Source of the DNA: Octopus sinensis
Taxonomy: Eukaryota
DNA: 64,000 nt
Reading direction: 5' to 3'
NCBI RefSeq assembly: GCF_006345805.1
Contig: NC_043000.1
Span: 151,280,001 to 151,344,000, forward strand
Shown: positions 11,398-25,393 of the stretch, piece by piece
How positions within the stretch are numbered: position 1 is the stretch's first letter
Layout: every line of letters begins with the position of its first letter
Translations under genes and position numbers: made by a program
Notes under the pieces: generated by a model
Databases searched by the model: none
Seen by the model: only the letters and a program-made list of their open reading frames with translations
What the model was told of the DNA's origin: nothing

Positions 11398-11866
11398 ATA
11401 TGTATGTATGTCATTGTTCAGTTTTATTTCATGATTTCTTGCCAATAGATAAGGAACCGGTTTCTAACTTAGATCCAAAGCTCCCTCGTTGGAATTTCAA
11501 CATCAACAAAAGGGTATGTATGTATGTATGTCTGTATGTATGTTTGTATGTATGTATGTATGTATGTATGTATGTATGTATGTATGTATGTATGTATGTA
11601 TGTGTGCAGATTTTGTATGTTTTGTTTTTTGTATGTATTCTCATGCATATACTTGCATATCTAGACATGCTCGTATATATTCAAACGCTAAACTTCTGGA
11701 AAGTTTTACAAATTTTTACAGTTCCAGTGATGGATTGGATCTGTACTCTTTGAATTAGCTTTCTCCTTTCGAAAAGCCTAATTTAAGTTTGATGCATGCA
11801 TTAGTATGCATTGATGTATGTATGCATGTATGTATATATACATACATATATAATATATACATATAA

Positions 11867-11899
<33 letters not shown>

Positions 11900-13092
11900 A
11901 TATATATAGATGTATGTTATATGTATGTATGTATGTATGATGTATGTATATATGTATACACACGCACGTGTGCGCACACTCATGTGTGTGTGATGTGTAT
12001 ATATATAATAATATATATATATATATAGATACATACATAATACATATATACATACATGCCTACATACATAATACTACATATACATAATACATAAATACAT
12101 ACATACGACATACATACATACTAACATACAACATACATACATGAATGAATACATACATACATAGGTATATATCTAAACAGTAAATTTTCTCCAAAATCAG
12201 TCTACCGATCTAATCAAAACCAGAATACATTGACGGTACTGTCATAGTTGGAACGCATTTGATTATAGATTTATTCAGTCATGTTCACCAGAGACTAAGC
12301 GACAATAACAACATCAACAACTAGTGTACGGGGAGCTAAGGAATGCAAAAAAGCCAACGTGTTAAGCCAAATACACATTATGCAAAAGTCTGTGCTACTG
12401 TTTCCTTAAAAGCTAACTTCGGTAAAGTTAGGAAAAAAAGCTGTATGTGTCAAAGCCAAGCATATAACCACTCTATAGTGGCACCCTCACTTTTCAACAT
12501 ACCATACTCAATATCCATACAATAGGCATGCGTCTAAAAAAACAACAGGCCATCGGCCCAACAGCCCAACATGCTCATCAGTGAGTATGCATCGATGTGG
12601 GTGCTAATGCTTATCACAGGCAAGATTGACAGGCTACCCACGATGTCACGCGATCGGACCATGCGTAATTATGAACAATACTGGTAAATTGTTAAGTTCG
12701 CTCTCAGCATTTGTTTAAAATTAATGCTCTAGGATATTGGATCATGGTATATGAGCAAGGTTGGCCAACGGTTGAGATGTACAACTTGTAAGTGGACAAA
12801 AGGATACATTGTTCGTAAAATAAAAGGCAGGATATGTAAATCGGAGTGCAATCATCAGATAACATTTAGCTGGTATGCAACCCCAAAGTTTAACACAGCA
12901 GAATTGACACTCACACACACAAACACACAAACACACATACACGCATGTATATATTATTTACGTCATAAGAGTTCAAAAACGTTTTGAGATATATGAAATA
13001 AATCGTTTTTAACGCAGCCTTCAAATTTTTTCATCTAATTCAGCATGTTATTATTTATGGCTTTATCTTCGAGTTCCGGGGTTAAAAATCAT

Positions 13093-13350
<258 letters not shown>

Positions 13351-13698
13351 CACACAGAAACACACATATACACACAGTTATATTTTTCTTACGAAACACA
13401 CAGACCGCATAGAAGTGCTCAAGTCGAACCTGAACGTTAGACAGGTATCATAAATGAATTGGAAAAAGTTCAAGTTAGGCAAACTACAATGAACACATGT
13501 GTACGGATTTAATTAAGATAAGAATTGCACAGAATTAAAACATATATTAATATATCAAAAATAGAAAAATATAGGAATATCAAAAATAATTTCTCTTTTT
13601 CTAGATTATTAAGAGTGTGTTACTACATTAGGATATTCAGATGTAGAAGGCTTATATTTGTTACGATTATCAGAAAGTAATTATCAAGTTTAGTATGG

Positions 13699-15130
13699 TT
13701 AACAAAAGGTTTTTTTTAAACATTTATAATTCAAGGAAGAAGTCATTTTTATAAATTCAGGATTGATGTCAGATGAGAGATTAGCTAATTTGGTGTTGAA
13801 TTTGGTCTCAGGGATGTAGAAAATATGATCATGAAAGTCGCTTGATTTTAGGGCTTGATTATAAAATGGGACATGTGCATTAAAGATCACCTCGTTTGCC
13901 GATAGTTTGGAGATTCTAATAGAGATGGCCGTAATGATACTATCGAGAGTTAATTTAATAGGCGCAGGAGTGGCTGTGTGGTGAGTAGCTTGTTTACCAA
14001 CCACATGGTTCCGGGTTCAGTCCCACTGCGTGGCACCTTGGGCAAGTGTCTTCTACTATAGCCTCGGTCCGACCAATGCCTTGTGAGTGGATTTAGTAGA
14101 CGGAAACTGAAAGAAGCCCGTCGTATATATGTATATATATATGTATGCGTGTGTGTGTTTGTGTGTCTGTGTTTGTCCCTCTAGCATTGCTTGACAACCA
14201 GTGCTGGTGTGTTTATGTCCCCGTTACTTAGCGGTTCGGCAAAAGCGACCGATAGAATAAGTACTGGGCTTACAAAAGAATAAGTCCCGGGGTCGAGTTG
14301 CTCGATTAAAGGCGGTGCTCCAGCATGGCCGCAGTCAAATGACTGAAACAAGTAAAAGAGTAAGAGTAATGATTAGAAGAAACGTTTATATATTGTAGTG
14401 TTTGATTTGGTTTGTGGTAATCAGGTGTTTAAATTGTGTTACGTCTAAAAAGATTGCAATTCTTGTGTCAGTATCAAATACAATATTAAGATTAAAGAAG
14501 TTCAAAACGAATTTTTTAAAAGACTTCTTAATGCGTTCGACCTCCAGTTTAGATAAGCCATTTACTGCCAAGAGAGCGTCATCCGTATAAATTCCACCAG
14601 AGACGTTTGGAAAGCTTTTCTTGATTTGAAAAAGGAGATATAGACCTACAAGGTCACCTGGGCCAAGTCTGACGAACCCATTGTGATATCGAGGTAGTTC
14701 ATAGAGTCACTTCTAATCCAATTGCGCTCATTAAAATTAATTAAGGTTTTTCTCACTTCCAAGATAATGTTAATATTGAATCGAGGGATATTAACGAAAT
14801 TGTGGGCAAATATTAATGCCTTGCTTAATAAGATAGGGAAAATAGAGGCATAATAATTCGAAATATTAAATTGTATAACGCGAGCGTTTTGCTTATCTGG
14901 GAAGGAATGGTACCATGTTATTATATCCCCAGTTGAATGCCATTAAAGGCGTTTAACACTAATTTTAACTAATCCATCATGCATTTGCTAATTTTACCCA
15001 AATCGGCCTTTGTTGGATATATAAGTCTAATGGATGGTTTTGGGTGGAAGTTGGGTTTGTGATCCTTTAAATTAAAGTGGGCAACTTTAACTATTTAACT
15101 ATTTTCTTGAAGCTTCAGTATCAGTGTCTT
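13699..15130 (-). pseudogene. Penelope-type reverse transcriptase remnant
   Basis: Hand translation: LKDHKPNFHPKPSIRLIYPTKADLGKISK..QFNISNYYASI..YLDITMGSSDLAQVT(D)LVGLYLL..GGIYTDDALL..FLDVT..QYINVSSNH..ISIRISKLSANEVIFNAHVPFYNQALKSS; stops and frameshifts present. Confidence 0.88.
13961..14367 (+). mobile_element. SINE family A inserted in the Penelope RT
   Basis: Full head-to-tail match to 10989-11397; RT reading frame resumes on both sides. Confidence 0.93.
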
Positions 15131-15955
15131 CATTCTAAGCATGGACGAAGCCCATACAAACATTCTTCAGCTATTGATTACAAAGCGAAATATCGCTTGT
15201 ACATTAACCTACTAATTTATGGTGTCTAAGACCCAACCACATGTCATTATTGTTACCTTGCGTGCCCGGACGCTGCATGCAGAATTATTTTCGTTTGGGA
15301 ACTGAGTTGTCCTCACAATGGTCGCACGCTGTTTATGCGAAGGAGTGCATGGTTGAGTCATGACTATTGACTCCCAGCCACGTCAGAAACCCAACGTCAC
15401 GTGACCCAGCCACGTGTGTTAAAGACCGTGTTCTTAATGTGACCTTGCGCACCGCGATACTGCCGGCAGAATTGTTTTCGTTTGACAGCAAAGTTGTCCT
15501 CACAATGGTCGCACGCTGTTTATGCGAAAAAGTTCATGGCTGAGCCACGGTTATTGATTCCATACCGAAATATCGCTTGATATTCTTGTTTTCAAGCGCT
15601 TCTTTGCCAATTCACCCCCTTACCACGTCAATTCTTTCATGTAGATTTCTCTCATGTGGTGTTGCTGAGTGCGCCCACAAGATTAATTTATCACATAGAT
15701 GTAGTTCCTATGTCTGCTGAGTGTTCAGCGTAGTAGCAGCAGCACTGATAACCGCGACTGACCCTACTATACTGTGTATTCGACAAAATAAAAAAAAACA
15801 ATGCGCATGCGCGAAATTAAAGATAAAAAATGGCGACAAATTACCCATCGCATCCTGTATATGTGTATAGTGGGAATTTACAAAAAACAAAAGACGAAGA
15901 CGGGTGTGTAAAAAACAAACAGATGTATTAGTTTAACGCTCGGGAAGTGAGAAAA

Positions 15956-15993
15956 TCTTTTACGTTTCGAGCCTACGCTCTTTAACAGAAAGG
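15956..15993 (-). ncRNA. Hammerhead-ribozyme-like motif upstream of Penelope ORF (U6, G8A)
   Basis: CCUUU CUGUUAAA GAGC-GUAG-GCUC GAAAC GUA AAAGA. Confidence 0.6.
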
Positions 15994-16040
15994 AACACAG
16001 AAATAAACAGGGAGAGAAAATAGAAAAAGGTTTTGTGGCG

Positions 16041-16123
<83 letters not shown>

Positions 16124-16304
16124 TTAACCAATTAGCTGTGTTAATAATAAACAATATTAACTCCCAATCTCCATTCTCTTCTTTTAAATGTGTGTGTATG
16201 TATATATACACACATGTGTGTGTGTCTATTTCTTGAGTACAAGTATATTATTTTTATATAAGAATTATGTATATATATTTCTTATATATATATAATTATA
16301 TATA

Positions 16305-16336
<32 letters not shown>

Positions 16337-17482
16337 AATATATATATATTATATATATATATATACGAATAGTTTTACCAATTTAACAAGATACGTTGGA
16401 ATTTATAATGATAGGAATGTTTGATTCCTATATCTTGGAAACCATGCACCCGCTCAGAGGCCTTCATTCGTTACCTGTTATTGTGTATTTCCAGGTTAGT
16501 CGTTGCCGAGGAAAATGATGCTGAATGGAAATTCAATCATGGCAATTTCGTCGTTTGGTGTATAAAGAGTTTGGTTTTATCTACGACAGAAGGTAGTGAT
16601 TTGCTTACGATTTGGTTACTATTTTATGCAGATTCGTTGTCACATGATAGCTGCCTGTTGAACAAAATTACTAATGAAAATATATCTTACTCCATCTTTT
16701 CTCCCTTCTGTTTTACATCTTCTATTTCATATCTACAGAACATGTATTTGAACCAACAGGCTAGTCAGTTCATTAGTCCAGGTTATTTTTAGAGATTATG
16801 TGAGATTTGACTCACTTATTTATGAAAGTGATACAAGAGGACGTTACTTTATCAGTCGCATATATACATATCGCTGCGCAATCTTCGTTATAAGATTGAT
16901 TGTCCATTCACGTCGTTGAAGGTCAGGTACAGCAGTTGTTAATATCTGCCAGTCTTTTTCAAATAAGAGACATTGTAAATGAAAAGTGTCGACCATCTTA
17001 ACCAAGGATTGCGACAGTATATAAAGTACTTCTACCAATAAGTAGACAGGCCTACAGTTTATCCTCAATGGCCGCAACTGTAAGTAGTTGCTGTAGTAAT
17101 AGTCGTGACCACAGAGGCAGCAGCAGCAGCAGCAGCCGTTCAAGAATTTGGACCTGGAGATCTCCATTCCAGCGACTTCGAGGGCCACCTCCCAGTGATG
17201 TCGGGCGTCAACGAAGAGCCCTCAACTACAACAAGACGAACAAAGTTTTTTTTTTTTTCCCCAAGGTCTGGGGTCTCTCGCCCTCTTGCCCTAGAGCATC
17301 ACCTAATCACCCTTACCCGTCTTGTTGCTTAACAACAACAACAACAGCAGCAGCAGCAGTAGCAGTAGCAGCAGCAGCAGAGCAGCAGCAGTAGTAGTAG
17401 TAGTAGTAGTAGTAGTAATACTTGTGGCAGGTTATGGTTTTAGACAAATGTAAAAGTTACTAAAACTATAACAATAGCAGAC

Positions 17483-17514
<32 letters not shown>

Positions 17515-18139
17515 GCAACAACAAAAAAAAAAAGAATCAAAGACAATAACAGCAAAAAAAAAAACGGCACAAAATGAAAAAAAAAAAAAAAAAGAACGTG
17601 TTATGAAGGAAGTTACCAGCGAATTCCATTCAGCCGAATCTATAAGATCCATATCTATGAAATGACAGATTTCTAAATGAGGTGAATGAAGGAAAGAAAG
17701 AAAGAAAATAAAGAACGAAAGGGAATATAAAAAGAAAGAAAGAAAGAAGGAAAGAAAGAAAGAAAGAAGAAAAGAAAGAAGGAAAATGAAAGAGAGAAGA
17801 AAAATGAGGTTAATGATGAAGCTGGTTGTTGGGGTGTCATGTCACAGCAACAATTAGATAATATTTGGAGGGGATGGTCTCAATGCGCAAATGAAATCTC
17901 ATTAAAAGCCTTTTATTTATTTATTTACTTATATTTTTTTTGTATGATGACGGGAGGAGGTGTGTGGGGAACGGAGAGGAGATTCATTTTTATTTTTATT
18001 TTTATTTTATTTTATTTTATTTTATTTTTATTTTATTTTATTTTATTTTATTTTGTTTATTTCTCGTGGAACGACAGATGTGTATTTCTACAATTACTCA
18101 TCTGTTAAGCGTTAAAATAAAAAAAATGATTTTGAAATA

Positions 18140-18345
18140 TTATTGATAATAATGATGATAATAATGCTGATGATAACAATACTGATAACATTAATGACAG
18201 CGATCACCACGACGACGACGACGACTACGATAATGATGATGATGATGATGATGACGACGACGACGGCGACAATGACGATGGTGGTGATAATGATGATGAG
18301 GATGATTATGATGATGATGAAGATGATGATGATTGTGATGATGAA

Positions 18346-18385
<40 letters not shown>

Positions 18386-18664
18386 GCGATGATGATGATG
18401 ATGATGATGATGATGAAGATGATGATGAGGATGATTATGATGATGATGAAGATGATGATGATGATGATGATGATGATGACGATGATGACGATAATAATGA
18501 TGAAGCTGATAATGATGATGATGATGATGACGGCGACGACGACGGTGATGATGATGCTGACGATGACGGCGACAACGATGACGATGATGATGATGATGAT
18601 GATGATGATGAAAAAGGTGTTGATGCAGGTGATGGTGATGATGGTCACAGTTGTGATAAAAAGC

Positions 18665-18701
<37 letters not shown>

Positions 18702-18740
18702 CAACAACAACAACAACAACAACAACGATAGCAACCAGTA
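18140..18740. repeat. (GAT/GAC)n and (AAC)n trinucleotide tracts
   Basis: Direct reading; source of poly-M/poly-I ORFs. Confidence 0.95.
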
Positions 18741-19525
18741 TGTTAAATCCATACATACTGTGCAATGGAGAAATGATAATAACGATAATTATCATGATGA
18801 TAATATTCATTGAGAAAGAAAAGAAAAGAAAAGAGAAAAGAGAGCTAGAATAAAGAAAGAAGATATGAAAATAGACCAAGTTTTAGAAAAACAAATCAAA
18901 ATAAAAGGAAAATAAAAAAAACATGAACAACCAAATGAGACACATCCATCGATCAGTCAGTCTTGAAAGCACAAAAGAAATGGTCTTGCGTTTCTTTTAT
19001 TATTATTATTTATTATTATTTCTTCTTTTTTTTAGTTGTAGTTGTTTTTGTTTTTTTTGTTGTTGGTGGTGATGTTTCCAATGGAACACTAGAAGAAAAT
19101 GTCACCAATGCAGACATGTCACCGATCTCTATACAATAGTGTCGCATCACCACCAGTACCACCACCACCGCTGCCACAAGCAAAACCGCCACCACTACCA
19201 CTACCAGCACTGCCATCGCCATCATCATCGTCATCATCATCATCATCATCATCTCTCAGCAGCAGCAGCAGCAGGAACCGCGACCCCATTCTGATCTCTC
19301 CCCCCCCCACCTCTTCCATAGTCGTTCCTCCGAAACATCGTGATCATCATTAGCCTCATCAGTCACGATCCTCATCATGTTTCTCCACCTCCTCCACCAC
19401 CTCCCCCTTCTCCTCCTTCTTCTCCTCCTCCTCCTCCTCCTCCACCTACTACTACTTTTAAACATATTCATTGCTATTATTGCTGCTCACGGTTCTTCTT
19501 CTTCTTCTTCTTCTTCTCCTTCTAT

Positions 19526-19559
<34 letters not shown>

Positions 19560-20401
19560 GCTGCTGTCTTTATTCTTTTTTTTTGCTGAAACCAGTTCAG
19601 AACTTTAATCGATTCAATCCGCTTTACCAATCTCTCCGTTCAAAACAAGGCCTTTGTACCAAATAAAAACAAATTGTTATTGCTCTTGTTGTTGTTATTG
19701 TTGTTGTTACTGCTATCGTCGTCGTCGTAGTCGTTGTTATTAATATAAGAAACCAATCATAATCTTTTATAGTATTACAGTTGCAGAATTAATGTTAAGC
19801 AGACTAGACAAAGTGTTTCGTGATATTCCTTCCGGTTTTACTTCCTGAGTTCAAATTCCATTGAGGTTGACTTTGCCCTTTCACCATTTCCGGGTCGATA
19901 AAATAAAGTACTTCTGGACCACTGCAGTCGACGTAATCGACTGGTTTCCTTCCCCAAAATTTAAGATCTTGTGCAGAAATGGATTATTGCTGATGTTGTT
20001 GCTAATTTATTATTTTTTTTCTATATTAGAAGATTCTATGGTAATAATCATCGTAGCCTTAATCACTTTAATTACCATTCTTTTTTTATCAGCATCATCA
20101 TCAACATCATGATTATAATGATGGATTGCTAAAATCATTGTGAGTCGAACAAATGCTTCCTACACTTTGTGTTCTGCTTTCAAATCTCACCAGGGTTGAC
20201 CTTGCTTAATAGCCTTTCGGGATCGATAAAATGCAGCACTGGTCAAGTATTGGAATCGATGGCATAGACTAATAAATTTTCCTAAAAGATTGTTGAGATG
20301 AATTGCTTTGTTTAAGAACACAACGCCCTACCTGGTATGGGAATCGAAACCATGTTCGCGCAGTCGTGAATACAACACTTTAACTACTAGGCCATACGTG
20401 T

Positions 20402-20813
20402 CTTATTTCTTTATTGCCCACAAGGGGCTACACACAGAGGGGAAAACAAGGACAAACGGATTAAGTCGATTATATCGACCCAAGTGCGTAACTTGTACTT
20501 ATTTAATTGACCCCGAAAGAATGAAAGGCGATGTCGACCTCGGCGGAATTTGAACTCAGAACGTAGCGGCCGACGAAATACCTATTTATTTACTACCCAC
20601 AAGGGGCTAAACACAGAGGGGACAAACAAGGACAGACAACCGGATTAAGTCGATTATATCGCCCTCAGTGCGTAACTGGTACTTATTTAATCGAGCCCGA
20701 AAGGATGAAAGGCAAAGTCGACCTTGGCGGAATTTGAACTCAGAACGTAACGACAGACGAAATGCCGATAAGTATTTCGCCCGGCGTGCTAACGTTTCTG
20801 CCAGCTCGCCGCC
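20402..20813 (-). mobile_element. SINE family B with duplicated body
   Basis: Reverse complement of the 2476-2891 structure; two units about 185 bp apart. Confidence 0.9.
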
Positions 20814-21219
20814 TAAGGACATCCGTGTCTTACATGTAATATACTAGTGTAATGCACTAGGCCTGCCTCTCAAATCGTTAATCCTTTTTCTATATTTGAA
20901 GTCATTATATTTTTGGATCAATGATAGTATCGGGAGGGCACCAAGCAAATTAAATTGCGGTACTTAGTTACGTTTCTTAAACGTTCTGAGTAAAGTTTCG
21001 CCGGGGTTAATAGAATATTTACTGGTCAAATACCGGGATTAATTTAATCGGATATACTATTCACCAAATGTGTGACTTCGTGCTAATGTTAGAAATTGCC
21101 TTATCAGCTTGGTTAAGGAAGTAGTTATCAAGCACGGCAGTCTATCTTATTGACTGAACATTCTCATAATTACGACCTCTTACGCTTATGTTAGGCAGTA
21201 TTATTGTTGCTACAATGTG

Positions 21220-21520
21220 ATGGCGTGTGACTTAGTGGTTAGAAGATTCGGCTCACAATTGTAATGTCGTGAGTTCGATTCCAGGTGAGGCATTGTGTCC
21301 TTGAGCAAAACACTTTATTTTTCGTTGCTCCAGTCTACGCAACTGGCAAAAATAAGTTGTACCTGTAATTGAAAGGGTAAGCCTTGTCACATTCTGTGTC
21401 ATGCTGAATCTCCTTGAGAACTACATTAAGGGTACGCCACCCACATGTTAATTTCACGAGCAGGCAGTCCCTGATTGGGTTAATTGGAACACTCGTCGTT
21501 CTGACCGATGGAGTGTCAAT
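21220..21520 (+). mobile_element. Degenerate tRNA-derived SINE related to 308-620
   Basis: gacttagtggttagaagattcggctcac..gagttcgattcc..aacactcgtcgttctgaccgatggagtg. Confidence 0.7.
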
Positions 21521-21764
21521 TAGTTACCTTAGTTGCTTCAGAGATTTCGCTTTTGACTACTTGCTGTCTGTGTTCAAATTCTACTGAGGTCTACTTTGTT
21601 CTTTTCTTTCTTTTTTTCGTTGAAGGTGATAGAAAAGATCTTTCCGGTTCAAGAAAATAAGCAATAGTCAAGTATTGAGGTATAAAGAATAACTTGACTA
21701 AATGCAACCCCAAAATTTCTGGACATTTCTTGCCAAAGTTTATTCATTAGAATATATCGAAATA

Positions 21765-21781
21765 GATAGATAGATAGATTG

Positions 21782-21816
<35 letters not shown>

Positions 21817-21824
21817 ATATATAT

Positions 21825-21886
<62 letters not shown>

Positions 21887-21891
21887 TGATT

Positions 21892-21958
<67 letters not shown>

Positions 21959-21963
21959 TGATT

Positions 21964-22025
<62 letters not shown>

Positions 22026-22085
22026 GGACAGATAGATAGATAGATAGAGAGATGGATAGATTGATTGATAGATAGAGGTAGATAA
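21765..22085. repeat. (GATA)n / (TA)n microsatellite
   Basis: Direct reading. Confidence 0.95.
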
Positions 22086-22175
22086 ATACAGATATGTATG
22101 TATGTTTGTTTACATACATGTATATATATGCATGTGCGTGTGAATATGAAAAAATAAATATATATATATACATAT

Positions 22176-22636
22176 TGGCTGTGTGGTAAGTAGCTTGCTT
22201 ACGAACCATATGGTTCCGGGTTCAGTCCCACTGCGTGGCACCTTGGGCAAGTGTCTTCTACTATAGCCTCGGGCCGACTAAAGCCTTGTGAGTGGATTTG
22301 GTAGACGGAAACTGAAAGAAGCCCGTCTTATATATGTATATATATGTATGTATGTATGTATATATGTGTATGTATGTATGTATGTATGTATGTATGTATG
22401 TATGTATGTGTTTGTATGTCTGTGTTTGTCCCACCAATATCGCTTCACAACCGATGCTGGTGTGTTTACGTCCCCGTAACTTAGCGTTTCGGCAAAAGTA
22501 ACCAATAGAATAAGTATTAGGCTTACAAAGAATAAGTCCTGGAGTCGATTTGCTCGACTAAAGGCGGTGCTCCAGCATGGCCAATGTCACAAGACGGAAA
22601 CAAGTAAAGGAGTAAAAGAGTAAAAAGAGTAAGAGT
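22176..22636 (+). mobile_element. SINE family A
   Basis: Head slightly truncated, body and (aaaagagt)n tail present. Confidence 0.9.
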
Positions 22637-22639
22637 ATA

Positions 22640-22717
<78 letters not shown>

Positions 22718-22854
22718 TATCCATCCATCCATCCATCCATCCATCCATCTATCCATTCATCCATCCATCCATACATACATATAATATATATATATAATAT
22801 ATATATAATATAAGACATACATATATATGCAATGTATGCATATATGTATGTACG

Positions 22855-22900
<46 letters not shown>

Positions 22901-23079
22901 GTAAACACTTACGAATGTTGACTATGTCCAGGCCGATGTTTAAAATCTTACCCGGTTTAACCTTATTTGTTTTAAATTTACTTGATCATGGTGGATTAAA
23001 TATTATATGATCTTTAATGTCTGCATTAAATAAATAAAATTCTGCCGAAGCAGCTGCCGTAAATTTTAGACGCCATTTA

Positions 23080-23222
23080 TACTCTTTTACTCTCTTTTAC
23101 TTGTTTCAGTCATTTGACTGCGGCCATGCTGGAGCACCGCCTTTAGTCGAGCTAATCGACCCCGGGACTTATTCTTTGTAAGCCCAGTACTTATTCTATC
23201 GGTCTCTTTTGCCGAACCGCTA
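23080..23222 (-). mobile_element. SINE family A 3' fragment
   Basis: Tail and 3' 140 bp only, as expected for a 5'-truncated retro-insertion. Confidence 0.88.
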
Positions 23223-23472
23223 TGTTTATTTTCTATACCTGCACAACACCAAGGACCCATCCCTAAGTTTCATTTATGGTTTAAAATGGATTTGGTTTAA
23301 AATTGCATATCAACGGTATCATACGAACACTTGATGTATTCAATGTCGTTTATTTCAATGTGAGTTCTATGTTGTAGTACCTAGCCATTTCTGGCGTCCT
23401 GCGGCTTGATGTGCCTTGATTCTTGTGAATATATATAAGAAAATCACGCGTACGCGCGCTCGCACACACACA

Positions 23473-23515
<43 letters not shown>

Positions 23516-24325
23516 CGGTTGATTGATCGGTTGATTGATTGAGTGATTGATTGGCAGGGGACTCTCCTGTTGAAGAGGACAGATGACGATTCATCTTTCG
23601 CTGATAGGGAAGAAATATATAAATACATATATGATGGGCTTCAGCACTGTTACCAACTTCCACTCACAAGGAGGAAAATACTGCGCAATGGGCTCGAACC
23701 AGAGACTGCGTGTTGGCAAAGTGAACTTCTTAGCCACATGTATGTATATGCTTCCATGTACATGAGTGTATGTAGATATCTATTATATAAATGTGTGTAT
23801 GCGCATGTGTATGTGCATGTGTGTGTTTGTGTGCGTACGCAGCCAACCATACAAGTGTCACACACATACACACACATATGTAGATAGGTAGGTAGATATG
23901 TATGTATGTAATTATGTATCTCGAAAATAGATCTAGATAAGCCAGAACAAAACCTATAATTAATTTGGGATATAAAGAGAAACACTATTAAATATATGAA
24001 CGCATAAATGAGCATATATATATAGAAAGAGATAATTTCGACATTAATTATGCACGCGTGTGTGTGTGTGTGTGGAAAATATCAATATCAATTAGGTTAT
24101 AAAGATCCTAATATCGATATTTTCCTTTTTTTGTGTGTGCATGAAACACTATGTATATTTTCTCTACAAGTATAATCGTTTGATTACAGCTTCGGTATTT
24201 TTTTTATCGATAATGGTTCGATGAAATCCGACCTATAAGTTTTTTATAAATTATCGTACTGTTTCCAGTTAACGCGTCTATCTACATAGAATTAGCTTCT
24301 TTGGTAGCTTATTCCACTTCTCGGT

Positions 24326-24745
24326 TACTCTTTTACTATTTTACTCTTTCTCTTTTACTTGTTTCAGTCATTTGACTGCGGCCATGCTGGAGCACCGCCT
24401 TTAATCGAGCAACTCGACCCCGGGACTTATTATTTTGTAAGCCCAGTACTTATCTTCTCGGTCTCTTTTGCCGAACCGCTAAGTAACGGGGACATAAACA
24501 CACCAGTATCGGTTGTCAAGCAATGCTAGGGGGACAAACACAGACACACAAACACACACACGCATATATATATACATATATACGACGGGCTTCTTTCAGT
24601 TTCCGTCTACCAAATCCACTCACAAGGCTTTGGTCGGCCCGAGGCTATAGTAGAAGACACTTGCCCAAGGTGCCACGCAGTGGGACTGAACCCGGAACCA
24701 TGTGGTTGGTAAACAAGCTACTTACCACACAGCCACTCCTGCGCC
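24326..24745 (-). mobile_element. SINE family A, full length
   Basis: Ends cacagccactcctgcgcc (reverse complement of head). Confidence 0.93.
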
Positions 24746-25127
24746 CTTCATATTTACTGCATTTCCAAAAGTCAAAGAAACTCGATTATCCCCCTTGGAA
24801 CTCAAACATGTTTTATATAACTCGAATCTTGATGTGTGCTTGTTTATATAGCGGTACTCTAATACTTAAATTGTTATACGTCATTATTTAATAGCAATTA
24901 CACTGTCTCCGGAAATAATCTCCGGAATTAAGTCTGAACAGTTTCCGTGTTGATCGTCTTTAATCCCTCTACCTGCAACATCTTTGTCTCTTCTCCCTGA
25001 TGAAACTCACTTGCTTCTCTGAACTTCCTAGCTGTACATCTCCATTTCAAACTATTTCTAGTGAATATTATTGTATTTGTTAGTGATTTCACGAGCAAAA
25101 ATATGAGTAGTCAATGCGTTGCGAATA

Positions 25128-25393
25128 TCTTTATATATAAAAGTGAAGTTGTGTGTCTGACTCCTACGATTTAGATTCCTAACAACTCCCACATTTTGCG
25201 GTGCAGTTTAACCAAAACCGGGCATCTTATAGTCGTGATTCATATCGAGCCCTTCTGAGTATTAGCGCGCGTCTACGATGAGTCTACGATTTAAAAAAAA
25301 ATTTACCAACAATTTTTCCCATTTGTAATGAATTTTTCTGCTTATATAGTTATTTCCCTTACAAACCCGAGCAACGCCGGGCGATACTGCTAG
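25128..25393 (+). mobile_element. Non-autonomous Helitron
   Basis: 5' TC, 3' CTAG, inserted between A and T, subterminal hairpin cccg-agcaacgc-cggg at 25366-25381; homologous to 37460-37966 and 61763-62267. Confidence 0.85.

Larger units (their letters stand above)
13690..16030 (-). mobile_element. Decayed Penelope-like retroelement with 5' hammerhead-bearing terminal repeat
   Basis: RT remnant 13699-15130, putative N-terminal region 15130-15690, upstream repeat 15862-16030 in the same orientation; interrupted by a SINE at 13961-14367. Confidence 0.8.

Noticed and set aside
16495-16592. Candidate plus-strand exon (LVVAEENDAEWKFNHGNFVVWCIKSLVLSTTE)
   Set aside because: AG/GT boundaries are plausible but the peptide is unrecognised and no compatible neighbouring exon was found
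17068-17394. 108-aa ORF MAATVSSCC..
   Set aside because: Runs through poly-T and trinucleotide tracts with no domain; kept only as part of the TE-free island finding
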